Origin: Scyliorhinus canicula
Lineage: Eukaryota
NCBI RefSeq assembly: GCF_902713615.1
Contig: NC_052158.1
Span: 32,467,990-32,531,989 of the forward strand
Length of the DNA: 64,000 bases
Reading direction: 5' to 3'
Program-made: the position numbers and the translations under genes
Part shown: one piece after another, positions 36,143 to 48,027 of the stretch
Layout: every line of letters starts with the position of its first letter
How positions within the stretch are numbered: position 1 is the first letter of the stretch
Notes under the pieces: model-generated
Databases searched by the model: none
Told to the model about the DNA's origin: nothing
The model's input: only the letters and a program-made list of their open reading frames with translations

Positions 36143-37404
36143 AATGTCGTAGTCAATATTTTCCCCGCTTCTTGACTGTGATAGAGAAATTCAAACAGCA
36201 TTCATTAGGTAAGCAAAACTGAACTTTATTTACGAATTAGAACTGCTAGCAGTAATGGCTGAGACTTTTGAAGTCGGAAGGCAGTCAGTACAAACTGCTG
36301 AGTCCGTCCCAAGTCTGCGATATTACAGAAGAATAAGGCGATTTTTATACATTATGGGATCAAGATAACATGAATACAGCTTGGTCAGGAATTTGATCGA
36401 AAGTAAAACATAAGTAATAATCATTACAATGGCGTCTCCTTGTTGACCTTTAGAGGACTCTGGTCTCATGTCATTATCTTGTCTTTGTTTTAAGCGATGG
36501 ACAAATTTTTTTACGTACAGGAAGAGACAGTTTCTCAGCTTATCGTATATATTTAGACTCCTCTGGTCTCATGACGAACGCGTCTTATCAGAGTTATCTG
36601 TGCCTTAGGTTATGTGAAGTCAGTTTAAATTCAATTGTACCAAGAAGACTTGACTAGTTTTCCCATCATGCCATTATTTGCTTCGCGCAATACCACAAGA
36701 GCATACTCCACTATTGGGGGATAGGACTGGGGAGTTTTGCAATGTTGAAGGTCATATTGAGTTTGAGGGAGGGAATCCTGGGCCTAAAACTAATGTCAAC
36801 ACATTAACAAAGACCATCATATCCAGGTGAAGACAGTTGTTTAGATAGACTGGGTTAAATGGTAAGACAGTCAATAAGCACTTGTTGGTACAAAAGAAGG
36901 CATTCCATATTCCGTCAAAGATGTATTCCATTGAGAAAGACAGACTCCACGTGTCGGGGCACCACCTGTGTCTAACTAAGCAAGTTATAGATGGTGTCAA
37001 ATTGAAAGCAAATGCATACAGTGCTGCAAAGTTCAGAAGTTTAAAAATAAATCAAGTAGGCCAAAAAATAGAAAAGGGAGAAATTTCATCTCTTGGTGCT
37101 TGGCATTCAACGAATGGGCATGAGGTAATGTGGGTCTGCTAGGGGAAATGGTGAGGGAAATGGAGGAGAATTAATTTGGAGGGTAATGTGGTGAGAGAAA
37201 TGGGAGCGGGGGGGCAATGAAGATGGGGACTGGATAATGGAGGCTGGGGAATTAGGTGGTGTATTGCGGACAGAGTGATGCGTTTGTACATATATTTGTT
37301 TTCTGTTCCAATTACAGATGCAATGGACAATCTGTATTTTCTCTTCCTGCCTGTAATCAGTATATTTTGTATTCAAAGAAGTGTGGCTTTTCTTTTGGCA
37401 TGGA

Positions 37405-38071
37405 GGGCGGGATTCTGTGATCCTGAGGCGAAGTGTTGATGCCGTCGGAAACGCCGTTGCATTTCTCGAAGACGTCAACACAGCCTCCGGATCAGCAATT
37501 CTGGCCCCTGCAGGGTGCCAGCATGACACTGGAGTGGTTCACGCTGCTCCAGCTGCTGATTCTGGTGTCAAATGGGCACCGCGGGATCCGCGCATGCACA
37601 GTGGCACCTGCGCCAGCGCGCACATGCGCAGTAGCTTCCTTCAAAGCTCTAGCCCCGACGCAACGTGGCGCAGGACTACAGGGGCCTGCGCGGAAGAAAG
37701 GAGGCTCCCAGTCAGAGAGGCTGGCCCGCCGATCGGTGGAACCCGATCGCGGGCCAGGCCATATCGGAGGCCCCCCCACCCCGGGTCAGACCCCCCACAG
37801 GCCGCCGCCCAAACCTTCCATGCCGAGTTCCCGTCGGCTGAGAATAGATGTGGATGGCACTGGCAGAACTCGGCTTATTTACGACGGCCCGCTCGGCCCA
37901 TCCCGCGCTGAGAACCGGCGGGCCGGCTGTGTAGAGCGGCCCCCGACCGGCGCCGTGCCAACCACACCTGTGCCGATTGAATCGCGTGCCGGCGTCAGGG
38001 CAGTGTGGCGCGATTCGCGCCAGTGGGGATTCTCAGGCCTGGCCCGACCCTGGGCTGAGAGAATCTCACCC
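37405..38071. mobile_element. GC-rich MITE-like element, same group as 22423-23025
   Basis: GGGCGGGATTCTG / GAGAATCTCACCC termini; shared internal GCGCATGCGC and GATCGGTGG..CCGATC motifs; TSD not matched. Confidence 0.65.
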
Positions 38072-40688
38072 GTGTTTTCCAATTTAGAAATTCAGAGACC
38101 TGAATTCTCCAGTCGGTGGAAATAACTTTTTCCACTGGCAGGGCACCATCGACAGTGGGCTTTGCAGATGTGGGGTGGTCTCAATGGAGTATCCCATTGA
38201 CAAGTGGTGGGAGGATAGAATCCCGACACCAGTAAATGGCGAGTGTCTGAAAAACAGGAGGCTGGGGAACTAGAGAATCCAGCCCATGATCAAAGAATTA
38301 TTAGGGCACAGAAGTAAGCCATTCAGCCCATCATGTCTATACCAGCTCTCCAAATGTCCATCATAACTTACTTTTTCCCCATATCCCTGCGCATTGTTAC
38401 TATTCAAACAATCATCTAATGAGCTCATGCCTCCCACACCTTTAGTATTTTTGGTCTCCCACGTGGCAGATCTATACTTTCCTGAATAGATTTGATAACT
38501 CAAAGTTGAAGTGAATGTCTTGGAAAGCATTTTGCGAGGCTTTTGTAACAGCATAAGGTTGGTTCTCGGGTAAACTTTGAAACTGGAACAGGTTAAATTC
38601 TTTGGCTGCTTCATGACTTGCTTCACAGTGTGATTCTGAGACTGGCTGACAACTGATGGTTCTCTGGATATCCTGGATTAAGAGAGCAGCTCCTGAAACT
38701 GGCTTTGATCACATGACAGTTGTCTCAACAATTCAGAAGCCTCTCAGTCTAGTTTTAATGTAGGAGGCCATCTTGATTGAACGGGAAGTTGATAGTGACC
38801 ATTGAAATTCGAACTTTCCTTTTGTCCAGTATGAAACATGGAAACATGAAGTTTGGAAACTCCATTGACTTTAGTTGTTTCCCATCTTTCAACAATGGGA
38901 TGTGTGAATTCCTCAAATGGATGAGAGGTGTCCTCACCTCTCCATATTAATTTAGGTTTCCATTGGAGACGTGATGTCAATCGCAGAAATGGTAGAAGTC
39001 CCATGATATGAGGCAACCGTCTTACAGCTTGTTTGTGTTCAATTTTATGAAGGTATTAACTGAAAGTTTGTAATATGACACCCCAGTACTGAGCATGACA
39101 TAGAAAACACAACACCGATACGCTGAAAATTATTCTCAAAAGTGTTCATGTCACTTGTAAGGCTGGAAATTATTGCTCACTCCCAGATTCCTTTTGAGAA
39201 GGTGGGGACCAGCTTCCTGATGTGAATGTCATTAGGAAGGATGGCATTTATTGTCCATCCCTCATATCTCTTGAAGTGCTGTAGGATAGGTGGTGAACGT
39301 ACACACACAGCACTGCTAGGGTGTTGAGCTCCTATGAATCAATGTATACAGTGAACTAAAGATGGAAACACACCATAAATGTCTATTTGTTGCTCTGAGG
39401 AGGAGTCAAACTCGATTCATTAACTCTTCTTTTCTCTCCCCACAGAAGCTGTCGGACTGAATTTATCTGTCATCTTTCTGTTTTTGTTTCAGATTCCAGC
39501 ATCTGCAGTATTTGGCTTTTAACAAATATTTATTCACAGTCTCTCATGGGCCCTGGTTGGAAATCCCCATTAAAATCTCCTCAATACCCACTTCCTACAC
39601 TCCTCCCCTTCCCTTTGACCTCTTGAAGACCTTACGTATATTCCTATTTCTATAACCTCCTACAACCGCTGTAACTCCCAACTCTCTGAACTCCTCTTGC
39701 TCTTACCGCCCCTCCAAAATCTGAGTCCTGCTTTATTTCTGGCCTCTTGATCATCCCGGATGTCAGCTCTCCTTGATTGGCAGCCGTGTATTCAGCTTCC
39801 TGACTCCTGAGATCAGAATTCCCTCCTTAAAACCCTCTCCACCTCTTTCCTCCATCCTTTGATTGAAATGAATCTCTTTGACTAAGGTTTTGATCCGTTG
39901 TCCAAATATCACCATCTGGGACTCAGGGTCAAAGTTTGTTGAGAATCACTCAGTTGAATCACCTTGGGATGTTTTACCACATTTATCAAGTTGTTGATTT
40001 CTGGACAGAAATACCTTTGCGTTAAATCTCTGCCCCCTAGTTCCCGATTCGCCCACGGAGGTAACCATGCTCTCAGCATCCACCCTGTCAAGGCCCCCTC
40101 AGAATCTCAAATATTTCAATAAGATCGTCATTCACTCTTTGAAACTCCAGGTGAGTACAGGTGAACGTTACCCTGTAGGATAGATGCCTGCACCCAGAAA
40201 TCAGCCTCCTGAACCTTCTGTAAACTGCCTCCAGTGCAAGTACTGTATGTCCCTCCGTGGGTAAGAAGGTGAATATGTGCCGCCGCCTCAAGGCTCTGTC
40301 ACCGCTGCTGCTGCCGCCACTTTCTCCTGCATCTGGCCACCCGGCCACCCAGCAGCACCATTAGGGCAAGTTCAATGTGGTCGAAAATATCCTCCATTCC
40401 ATTCAATATCTGTAAAGAATTGGGAGAGGGTCTCCACCCCGGGACCTTCTCCCTCCCCCCACCTGGCACGCTCAGCACAAGCAGACACGGCCCCTGCTCA
40501 CTGGACCCCACACCCTGCACCCGGCCACCCACACATAACGTTACCTGGACCAGGTGCAGGTCCCTTCCCCATGGCACTCACCCACCCTCCGGCTGCGGCC
40601 CATGCCATGGGTGTCTAGATATTGGCTGCTGCCTTTGTGGTGTTTCCTTTGTAGCCATTTAAAATGACCACCTGCAAAAGACTATGGG

Positions 40689-41390
40689 AATTGTGGTAAA
40701 TTTGGGACACAGACAGGTGCACAGCCTCTGTGTATTGTGCGGAGAAACCAGACCTGGTAAGAAATCCCCAGTTCATTGAACATCGATCACCATTTTCCCT
40801 CAGACAATAGCATCCGCATTAAGGACCATCAGCAATAGCAGTAGAACTAGCGCCACCCTCCCCACCCTTTATTTGTAAAGGCCTACGTGCCTGGGACAAT
40901 GATAGCTAGGACCAGCCCATCCATCGAGGCACCCACCCCCTATTTGGCTAAGATCGATGAAGGTGATCGAAACCCGATCGATCCATTGGACCTGGAGTAA
41001 GGACTGCCCAAAAGGGTGCGAAAGACACAAGGGATAAAAAGCTCTGTGCACCAGAGATCGGCCTCTTTGGGACTGGGCTGCGCGTGACCAACTATAGCAG
41101 AACAACCAACTTTAAAGACCCGTGACCATTCCTTAAGGAAGAGCCCAGCTGAGCCAACAACTTCCAACTGACCGGGTGGACCCTGATAAAGGCCTTATCT
41201 CGCACAGTGCCCGTCACTCGAAGTTAAGTAAAGGTCACCTTAGTTGTTAGGTGTAGTTTAGTACGGAGCTGCTTGTATTTTTGGATAGAGATACAAGTCC
41301 TGTGTTATTAATAAACTGTGTTTTTGAGCTAACATTCTGGTTGTGTGGTCACTTGGTCAATATAAAAAGCAACTTGTGGTTCACCAAAGG
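40689..41390 (+). mobile_element. Possible solo LTR
   Basis: TG start, CA end, AATAAA near the 3' end; no TSD or partner found. Confidence 0.35.
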
Positions 41391-42471
41391 GTAAAGACAA
41401 AGGCCATACCTTCCGTACTGTACAGGCTCAGTGTCCAGGCATTGCCATCTGATTGTGATGCTGGGCAATAAGCCCCACATGCTACATGGCACGCCTACCC
41501 ATAGGAATCCACTTGGGATGTGTGAAGTGCTGACTTAACAACAATTGCCAATTCCCAAGTAGCAATAGCTTCAGCCGCATGGCCAGAGGCCTCCATGGTC
41601 AGTGGGAGTTATGAGTGGTCAGTGGGTCAGACAGGCAGGAACTAGGGTTGCCCTGGGAATGGACGCACACGCTCCAGGGGTTGGCATGATGCACCCGCTT
41701 GTGGTGTCACACCCCCCCCACCACACAAAGCTGGACCCCTCTCCCTCCCGATTACCCCCCACAGACCTCTGAGCACGGGGGCAGCAAGCTCAGTGCCCCC
41801 GGGCTGACTGCCTGCGAGCGAAGATGACTACTCACCTCCTCGGGTCCCAGCAGCAGCCCATCCACCAGGTACACGTTTTTAAAAACTAAAAAGTACGAAT
41901 CAGCACTCGCGTGATCACTTGCTGGGAATGTGATTAGATCACGGGAGGCCATTAGATATGAGGTGGCTCCTGTTAATTGTATGGAAATAGGCTTAAGTTG
42001 TGATTATTGGTTTCTCGCCACGCTACGGCGGGATCGCCATTTTGCCAGCGGAACCGGGCGGTTTGCGTCGCAAATGGTTTGGCGCCCAGAGCAGTTCTCA
42101 TTGTGGCCTCTCCGGCTATTCACCAGTATCGTCGTGGTCTCGCTTGAAGACAGTGAGGCCACTGAATCGCACCCAATGTCAATGAGGAACGGAACTGCAT
42201 TTTCTGTCTCTTTGGTCGAAATTTTCTGGGCAGAAGATAGACTTTACAAGGTTTGCAGCAGGTCCATAGCTGATTGGTTACCCCATCTATGTCTCACAAT
42301 GGGCTTTCCTCTCACTTTGCCCTCTCTTTTTTCTCCTTGTACAGTATCAGAGAGTGTGATGCTGTTACTGAAGAATAGAAATGATTCCACTTAAAGACCT
42401 TCTGGCAGGCTGGGTTTAACAGAGTGACGTATTGGAGGACCAGTCAGCAGACATAGATGGCCATTTTGCAT

Positions 42472-42805
42472 TAGAACATAGAACATAGAACATAGAACAG
42501 TACAGCACAGAACAGGCCCTTCAGCCCTCGATGTTGTGCCGAGCAATGATCGCCCACATAACCCGCATACCTGTAACCCAACAATCCCCCCATTAACCTT
42601 ACACTACGGGCAATTTAGCATGGCCAATCCACCTAACCCGCACATCTTTGGACTGTGATAGGAAACCGGAGCACCCGGAGGAAACCCACGCACACACAGG
42701 GAGGACGTGCATACTCCACACAGACAGTGACCCAGCCGGGAATCGAACCTGGGACCCTGGAGCTGTGAAGCACTGATGCTAACCACCATGCTACCGTGAG
42801 GCCCC
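42472..42805 (-). mobile_element. Full-length HE1-like SINE with CR1-type (TTCTATG)n tail
   Basis: A/B boxes, body near-identical to 1-168, tail similar to the CR1 tail at 47933. Confidence 0.9.
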
Positions 42806-43679
42806 CATTGACGGGAGGCACAGTGTAAATCCACACTGAACCATGTTATACTTCATCTGCCATCTTGTAGCCCATTCATTTAACTTCTCTAAATCTCTTT
42901 GATGGCTCTCTAGGTCCTCCACACAGTTAGCATTACTACCCAGCTTTGTAGCATCTACAGATTTAGAGACATTTATTGGTCTGAGTCATAAATGGATTGG
43001 ATTTGTTTATTGTCACGTGTGCTGAGATACAGTGAAAAGTATTTTTCTGCGAGCAGCTCAAACAGATCATTTAGTACATGAGAAGGAAAATTTAAAAAAA
43101 TACATAATAGGGCAACACAAGGTCCACAATGTAAATACATAGACACCAGCATCGGGTGAAGCATACACAAGTGTAGTATTAATCAGGTCAGTCCATAAGA
43201 GGGTCGGTTAGGAGTCTGGTAACAGCGGGGAAGAATGGGGATTGTAAATGGCTGAGTTCCCAGCATTGATCCAAGTGTCCGTGAACCAATCCCTCTACAT
43301 GCAAAAATATTACTCCCATCTGTCTGAACAATTATCAGTGCCACACCCACGCACACAAAGAACAAACAGACCTGAGAGAGTGTGTACACAAATCTCTGAA
43401 GGTGGCAGGACAGTTTGATAAGACTGTCACTGAAAATAAAATTTCATTTTATCTGTTGTGTGTCTGCCCATTTCACCGTCTGTCCAATGGAATATTGATC
43501 CTTATCTGGAGGGGGCGGGGATACAAAGTGATGGAAGTAAATCTTCAGTTTCAGACCCCATCTGGAGTAGCTGTTCAGTTCTGGTCACCGCCCCTCAGGA
43601 AGGGGAGGCTGGTCTTGGAAGGGGGGCAAGGCTGATCACCAGAACGATCCCGCAGCTAGAGAGTTTGTATAAACCTGCT

Positions 43680-44400
43680 GTCATGGACTTGTGCAATGGC
43701 CAGCAGGAATGATGCACAATAGAACATCTAGTTCTTGACTAGTTGAAGTAATTTATTATAAAGTAAGTGCATGGTACAGATAACTGGAAGAAATGTATTA
43801 AAAAGTATGAATACTAACACATTATCCCAGAACTACTGCAAGTATGACTATCTATCAACATGACTAATTTGTTCAGATCTTTGGGGTCCATACAGATTCA
43901 TAGGTCGTATTTCTCTTCCTGACAGAAACCATGGAGCTTACCACGTCTGTAAGTTCTTCTAGGCATTTGATTACACCGAAAGCTGTCATTATTTCTAGCT
44001 CAGCCTTCAATTTATCTATCAATGGAGCTGTTACATGTTTCGGTGCGTGAATTACTGGCTTCTCCTTTAACTGGATTTCGTACATTTATGTAAAGCTCCA
44101 AAGCTTTGAAATATCTCAGCATATTCCTTCAGTATGGAACCTATTGATCCATGTTGTCTGGTTGCAGTGCTGTCTGCACTGCAAACCCAGTTAACTAGCT
44201 GAAGTTCCTCACACGCTTCCACTCCTAGTAGAGATTCACGTTCTGCCTCTACAATCGAAAACTTTACTGCGTGAACTCTGTCCCACCTATTTTTGTGGCT
44301 TCTGCAGACTTGGCTAAAAACCTCCTTTCCCTGCATCCAAGTCATTTATATGGATTGTAAATAGCTGGGGTCAAGGACTGAACCCTGTGTCACCCCAGTA
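43680..44400 (-). mobile_element. Gypsy (Mag-like) protease/RT N-terminal fragment with possible LTR remnant
   Basis: VKFSIVEAERESLLGVEACEELQLV; YEIQLKEKPVIHAPKHVTAPLIDKLKAEL..GVIK..VSSMVSVRK. Confidence 0.75.
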
Positions 44401-44494
44401 GTTACATCGTGTGATCTGGAGAAGCACCGATCTCCTCCTGTTCCTAATGGCCTTCCCTCTCAATCTGTTTCAAACTCGTTTCAGCTCATTCTAC

Positions 44495-44634
44495 CCGGCA
44501 ACTGATGATGCCTCAAGTTGTATTTACCTGATTGGATGATTCACAATATTGCAGAAAAGTTTGTTTCTGAACCTGTTTTGTGTCTATTCTGCCGGTAACT
44601 GATGATTCTTACAGCCTCGTTATTCTGATTGGTT
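44495..44634 (+). promoter_or_regulatory. MHC-type promoter: two X-Y modules plus an S-like box
   Basis: CCGGCAACTGATG-20 nt-CTGATTGG (44495-44535) and CCGGTAACTGATG-20 nt-CTGATTGGTT (44592-44634); GAACCT 17 nt before the second X box; 130-270 bp upstream of the leader ATG. Confidence 0.75.
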
Positions 44635-44766
44635 CAATTATATTTTGTGTCCAATCTGATTGATTCACTGTAAACAGGACAAGGCCCAACTTCCGAGTTG
44701 AAAAGTTTACTTTTCTTGGAGAAAGATTTCTTTCAATTTTTTTCCTCCAGCCTGAGGGAAGCAACA

Positions 44767-44815
44767 ATGATTGGACTGATGGCGCTGCTCCTTGTGTGTG
44801 GAGAGGTGTCTGCAG
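44767..44815 (+). CDS. MHC class I heavy chain, exon 1 (signal peptide MIGLMALLLVCGEVSA, phase 1)
   Basis: ATG with A at -3; hydrophobic leader ending VSA; G|GTAAGT donor; phase 1 joins 63344 to give G-S-H-S. Confidence 0.85.
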
Positions 44816-45330
44816 GTAAGTGATGGGGTGTGAGAAGGGCAGAGCCAGACTGGGTACTGGGGCATTAACCCTGGGTCAGTGAGTGATGGGGTGTGAGAGG
44901 GGCAGAGCCAGACTGGGTACTGGGGCATTAACCCTGGGTCAGTGAGTGATGGGGTGTGAGAGGGGCAGAGCCAGGCTGGGTACTGGGGCATTAACCCTGG
45001 GTCAGAGTGATGGGGTGTGAGAGGGGCAGAGGCAGGCTGGGTACTGGGGCATTAACCCTGGATCAGTGAGTGATGGGGTGTGAGAGGGGCAGAGCCAGGC
45101 TGGGTACTGGGGCATTAACCCTGGATCAGTGAGTGATGGGGTGTGAGAAGGGCAGAGCCAGGCTGGGTACTGGGACATTAACCCTGGGTCAGTGAGTAAT
45201 GGGGTGTGAGAAAGGCAGAGCCAGGCTGGGTATTGGGGCATTAACCCTGGGTCAGTGAGTGATGGGGTGTGAGAGGGGCAGAGCCAGGCTGGGTACTGGG
45301 GCATTAACCCTGGGTCAGCGAGTGAAGGGG
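44816..45330 (+). repeat. 63-bp tandem repeat (~8 units) starting at the intron-1 donor
   Basis: Period read directly (44881 to 44944). Confidence 0.95.
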
Positions 45331-45569
45331 TGTACTGGGTACTGGGGCTGTGGATGAGGGAGGTTATGGGTTGTGAGGGAACTGAGGGTAGGGACATGGG
45401 GCAGAAGAGTGGAGGGAGAGAGGGAGCGGATGGTGGAATACAGAAAGCGTGTTCACCCTGAACTTTCTGCAATTAAATCCTGCTTGATGGCTACCTAAAA
45501 TTTCCCCCCATGTGCTCCATATTCCTTCCCCAACAAAAATCAAACTCAATTTTGAAATTTCCAGATGAA

Positions 45570-45747
45570 TATAAATAGGGGGGATGTCAGAGGTAGGTTC
45601 TTTACCCAGAGAGCAGTGAGGGCATGGAATGCACTGCCTGTGGAAGTAGTTGAGTCGGAAACATTAGGGACCTTCAAGCGGCTATTGGATAGGTACATGG
45701 ATTACGGTAGAATGATGGGGTGTAGATTAATTTGTTCATAATCTAGG
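45570..45747 (+). mobile_element. CR1 3'-end fragment; the rest lies at 60718-60810, after the L1 insertion
   Basis: TTCTTTACCCAGAGAGCAGTGAGGGCATGGAATGCACTGCC..; continues GGACAAAAGATCGGCACAACATCG..TTCTATGTTCTA. Confidence 0.85.
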
Positions 45748-48027
45748 GACTTTCGGTTGCGGCTATGCAGAGCTAAGTTGCACGTTCGGCAGCTCCCGCT
45801 TAGAACGGACTTTTGGGCTCTTTTCAGGTCCTCCAATGGCAATTTTTCGACATTTCCCGGTGTGGGAAGGAGTTTGCAGCATTCCCCCGACAGTGTATGG
45901 CTTGGACCAGGAGCGAGGCGACTAAAAATGTGGTGGTGAAGCCAAATAAAGTGTGAGGGAAGAAAAGCAAGATGGCGGCGGGCGGAGACGAAGCAGCGTG
46001 GATGCAGTGGGCGGAGAAGCAACAGGAGGCTCTCCAGCGCTGCTTCAGGGAGCTTAAAGCGGACCTGCTGGAGTCGATGAAGGCTTTCATTGATAACTTG
46101 CTGGAGACCCAGGCGGCCCAGGGGGTGGCAATCCGCGAGGTCCGACAGAAGGTCTCGGAACACGAAGACGAGATCTTGGGCGCTCCACAAGAAATGGCAG
46201 GAGCGGTTCGAGGAGATGGAGAATCGGTCGAGGCGGAAGAATCTGCAGATCCTGGGCCTCTCGGAGAGGCTGGAGGGGTCGGACGTGAGGGCCTATGTGG
46301 TCACTATGTTAAACACGCTGATAGGAGCGGGGTCCTTTCAGGGGCCCCTGGAGCTGGAAGGGGCCCATAGAGTGCTGGAGAGGAGGCCCAAGGCTAACGA
46401 CCTGCCGCGGGTGGTGCTGGTGCAGTTTCACCGATTCGCTGATCGGGAGTATGTCCTCAGGTGGGCCAAGAGAGAGCGGAGCAGCAGGTGGGAGAACACG
46501 GAGGTTCGAATTTATCAGGACTGGAGTGCGGAGGTGGCGAAGAAGCGGGACGGGTACAACTGGACGAAGTCGGTGCTGCACAGGAAGGGGGTGAAGTTCG
46601 GCATGTTGCAGCCGGCGTGTCTGTGGGTCACCTACAACGACCGGCATCATTATTTTGAGTCCCCAGAGGAGGCGTGGGCCTTTGTTCAGGCCGAGAAGTT
46701 GGACAGAAACTGAGGGTCGGCATGGGGGCCATGCATGGGGTAGTCGGGGATTGCTAAGGTTGTGTTACACTTCGATTGGGGGTTCTTTTTGTTGCTGGTA
46801 TGTTCAAGGGGGAGATGGAGTGTGTAGAGGGGGTCGGGACGGGGGTCTGCCGCAGCGGGGAACGGGCCGAGCGTGGGGTGTAGGCGCTTGGCTGGCCACG
46901 GAGGGGTTATGGCTAGTCGGCGGGGGAGGGGGGAGGGCTGCCCCCTGATCCGGCTGATAACCTGGAACATAAGGGGACTGAACGGGCCGATTAAGCGGGC
47001 CTGGGTGTTTGCGCACCTGAAGGGGCTGAAGGCGGATGTGTTCATGCTCCAGGAGACACACCTGAAGGTGGCGGACCAGGTAAGATTGAGGAAGGGGTGG
47101 GTAGGCCAGGTGTTCCATTCAGGGCTAGATGCAAAAACTCAGGTGGTGGCGATTCTGGTGGGAAAGAGGGTTTCGTTCGAGGTGTCGAGCATTGTGGCAG
47201 ATAATGGCGGCAGGTACATAATGGTAAGTGGTAAGTTACAAGGGGTGAGGGTGGTACTGGTTAATGTTTATGCCCCGAACTGGGACGATGCGGGTTTTAT
47301 GCAGCGCACGCTAGGCCGAATCCCGGACCTGGAAGTGGGGGGGTCTAATAATGGGGGGAGACTTCAACACGGTGTTGGATCCAACACTGGATCGCTACGG
47401 GCAGGAGGCCGGCGGCGGCTAGAGTACTGAGTGGGTTTATGGACCAGATGGGAGGGGTAGATCCTTGGAGATTTGCAAGGCCGAGGGCTAGGGAATTCTC
47501 ATTCTTCTCACATGTTCATAAGGCCTATTCCCGGATCAATTTCTTCATTATGAGTCGGGCGCTGATCACGAGGGTAGGGGATACCGAGTACTCAGCGATT
47601 GCCATTTCAGATCATGCCCCGCATTGGGTAGACTTGGAGCTGGGGGAGGAGATAGACCAGCGCCTGCTGTGGCGCTTGGATGAGGAGGTGAGCGAGCAGG
47701 TTCACGGCAGCATTGAGAGATACCTGGGGGCTAACAACAACGGGGAGGTTTGAGTGGGGACAGTCTGGGAGGCGGTGGAGGTGGGGGAGATGGTGACGGT
47801 GGACTGGAGGTACGCGGAGGAGCCGGAGTAGGGACTGTTGAGGGAGAGGCGTAGCCTCCAGGCCAAATTCGACCAGTTGACCACCAGGAAGGCGGAGGTG
47901 CAGTGGAGGAAGGCCCAGGAGGCGATCTATGAACATAGAACATAGAACATAGAACGATACAGCGCAGTACAGGCCCTTCGGCCCTCAATGTTGCACCGAC
48001 ATGGAAAAAAACTAAAGGCCATCTAAC

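Larger units (their letters stand above)
28647..36697 (-). mobile_element. Endogenous retrovirus, class I / epsilon-like, 8051 bp, internally deleted
   Basis: 553-bp LTRs (28647-29199, 36145-36697) with TG...CA ends and ~12 differences by manual count; 4-bp TSD AGAG; PBS after the 5' LTR; PPT AAAAGGGGGGAG before the 3' LTR; pol and env remnants. Confidence 0.97.

Noticed and set aside
36714-37142. Possible GIY-YIG/Penelope remnant or host exon (86-aa ORF 36882-37142)
   Set aside because: No convincing motif or splice sites; cannot be supported without a profile search.
38270-39060. Short minus-strand ORFs (118 aa, 90 aa) in apparently unique sequence
   Set aside because: No recognisable domains; probably decayed repeat sequence.
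42700-42805. tRNA gene (A and B boxes; also 1-168 and ~23071)
   Set aside because: The boxes are SINE heads followed by SINE body and LINE-type tail; no cloverleaf acceptor stem.
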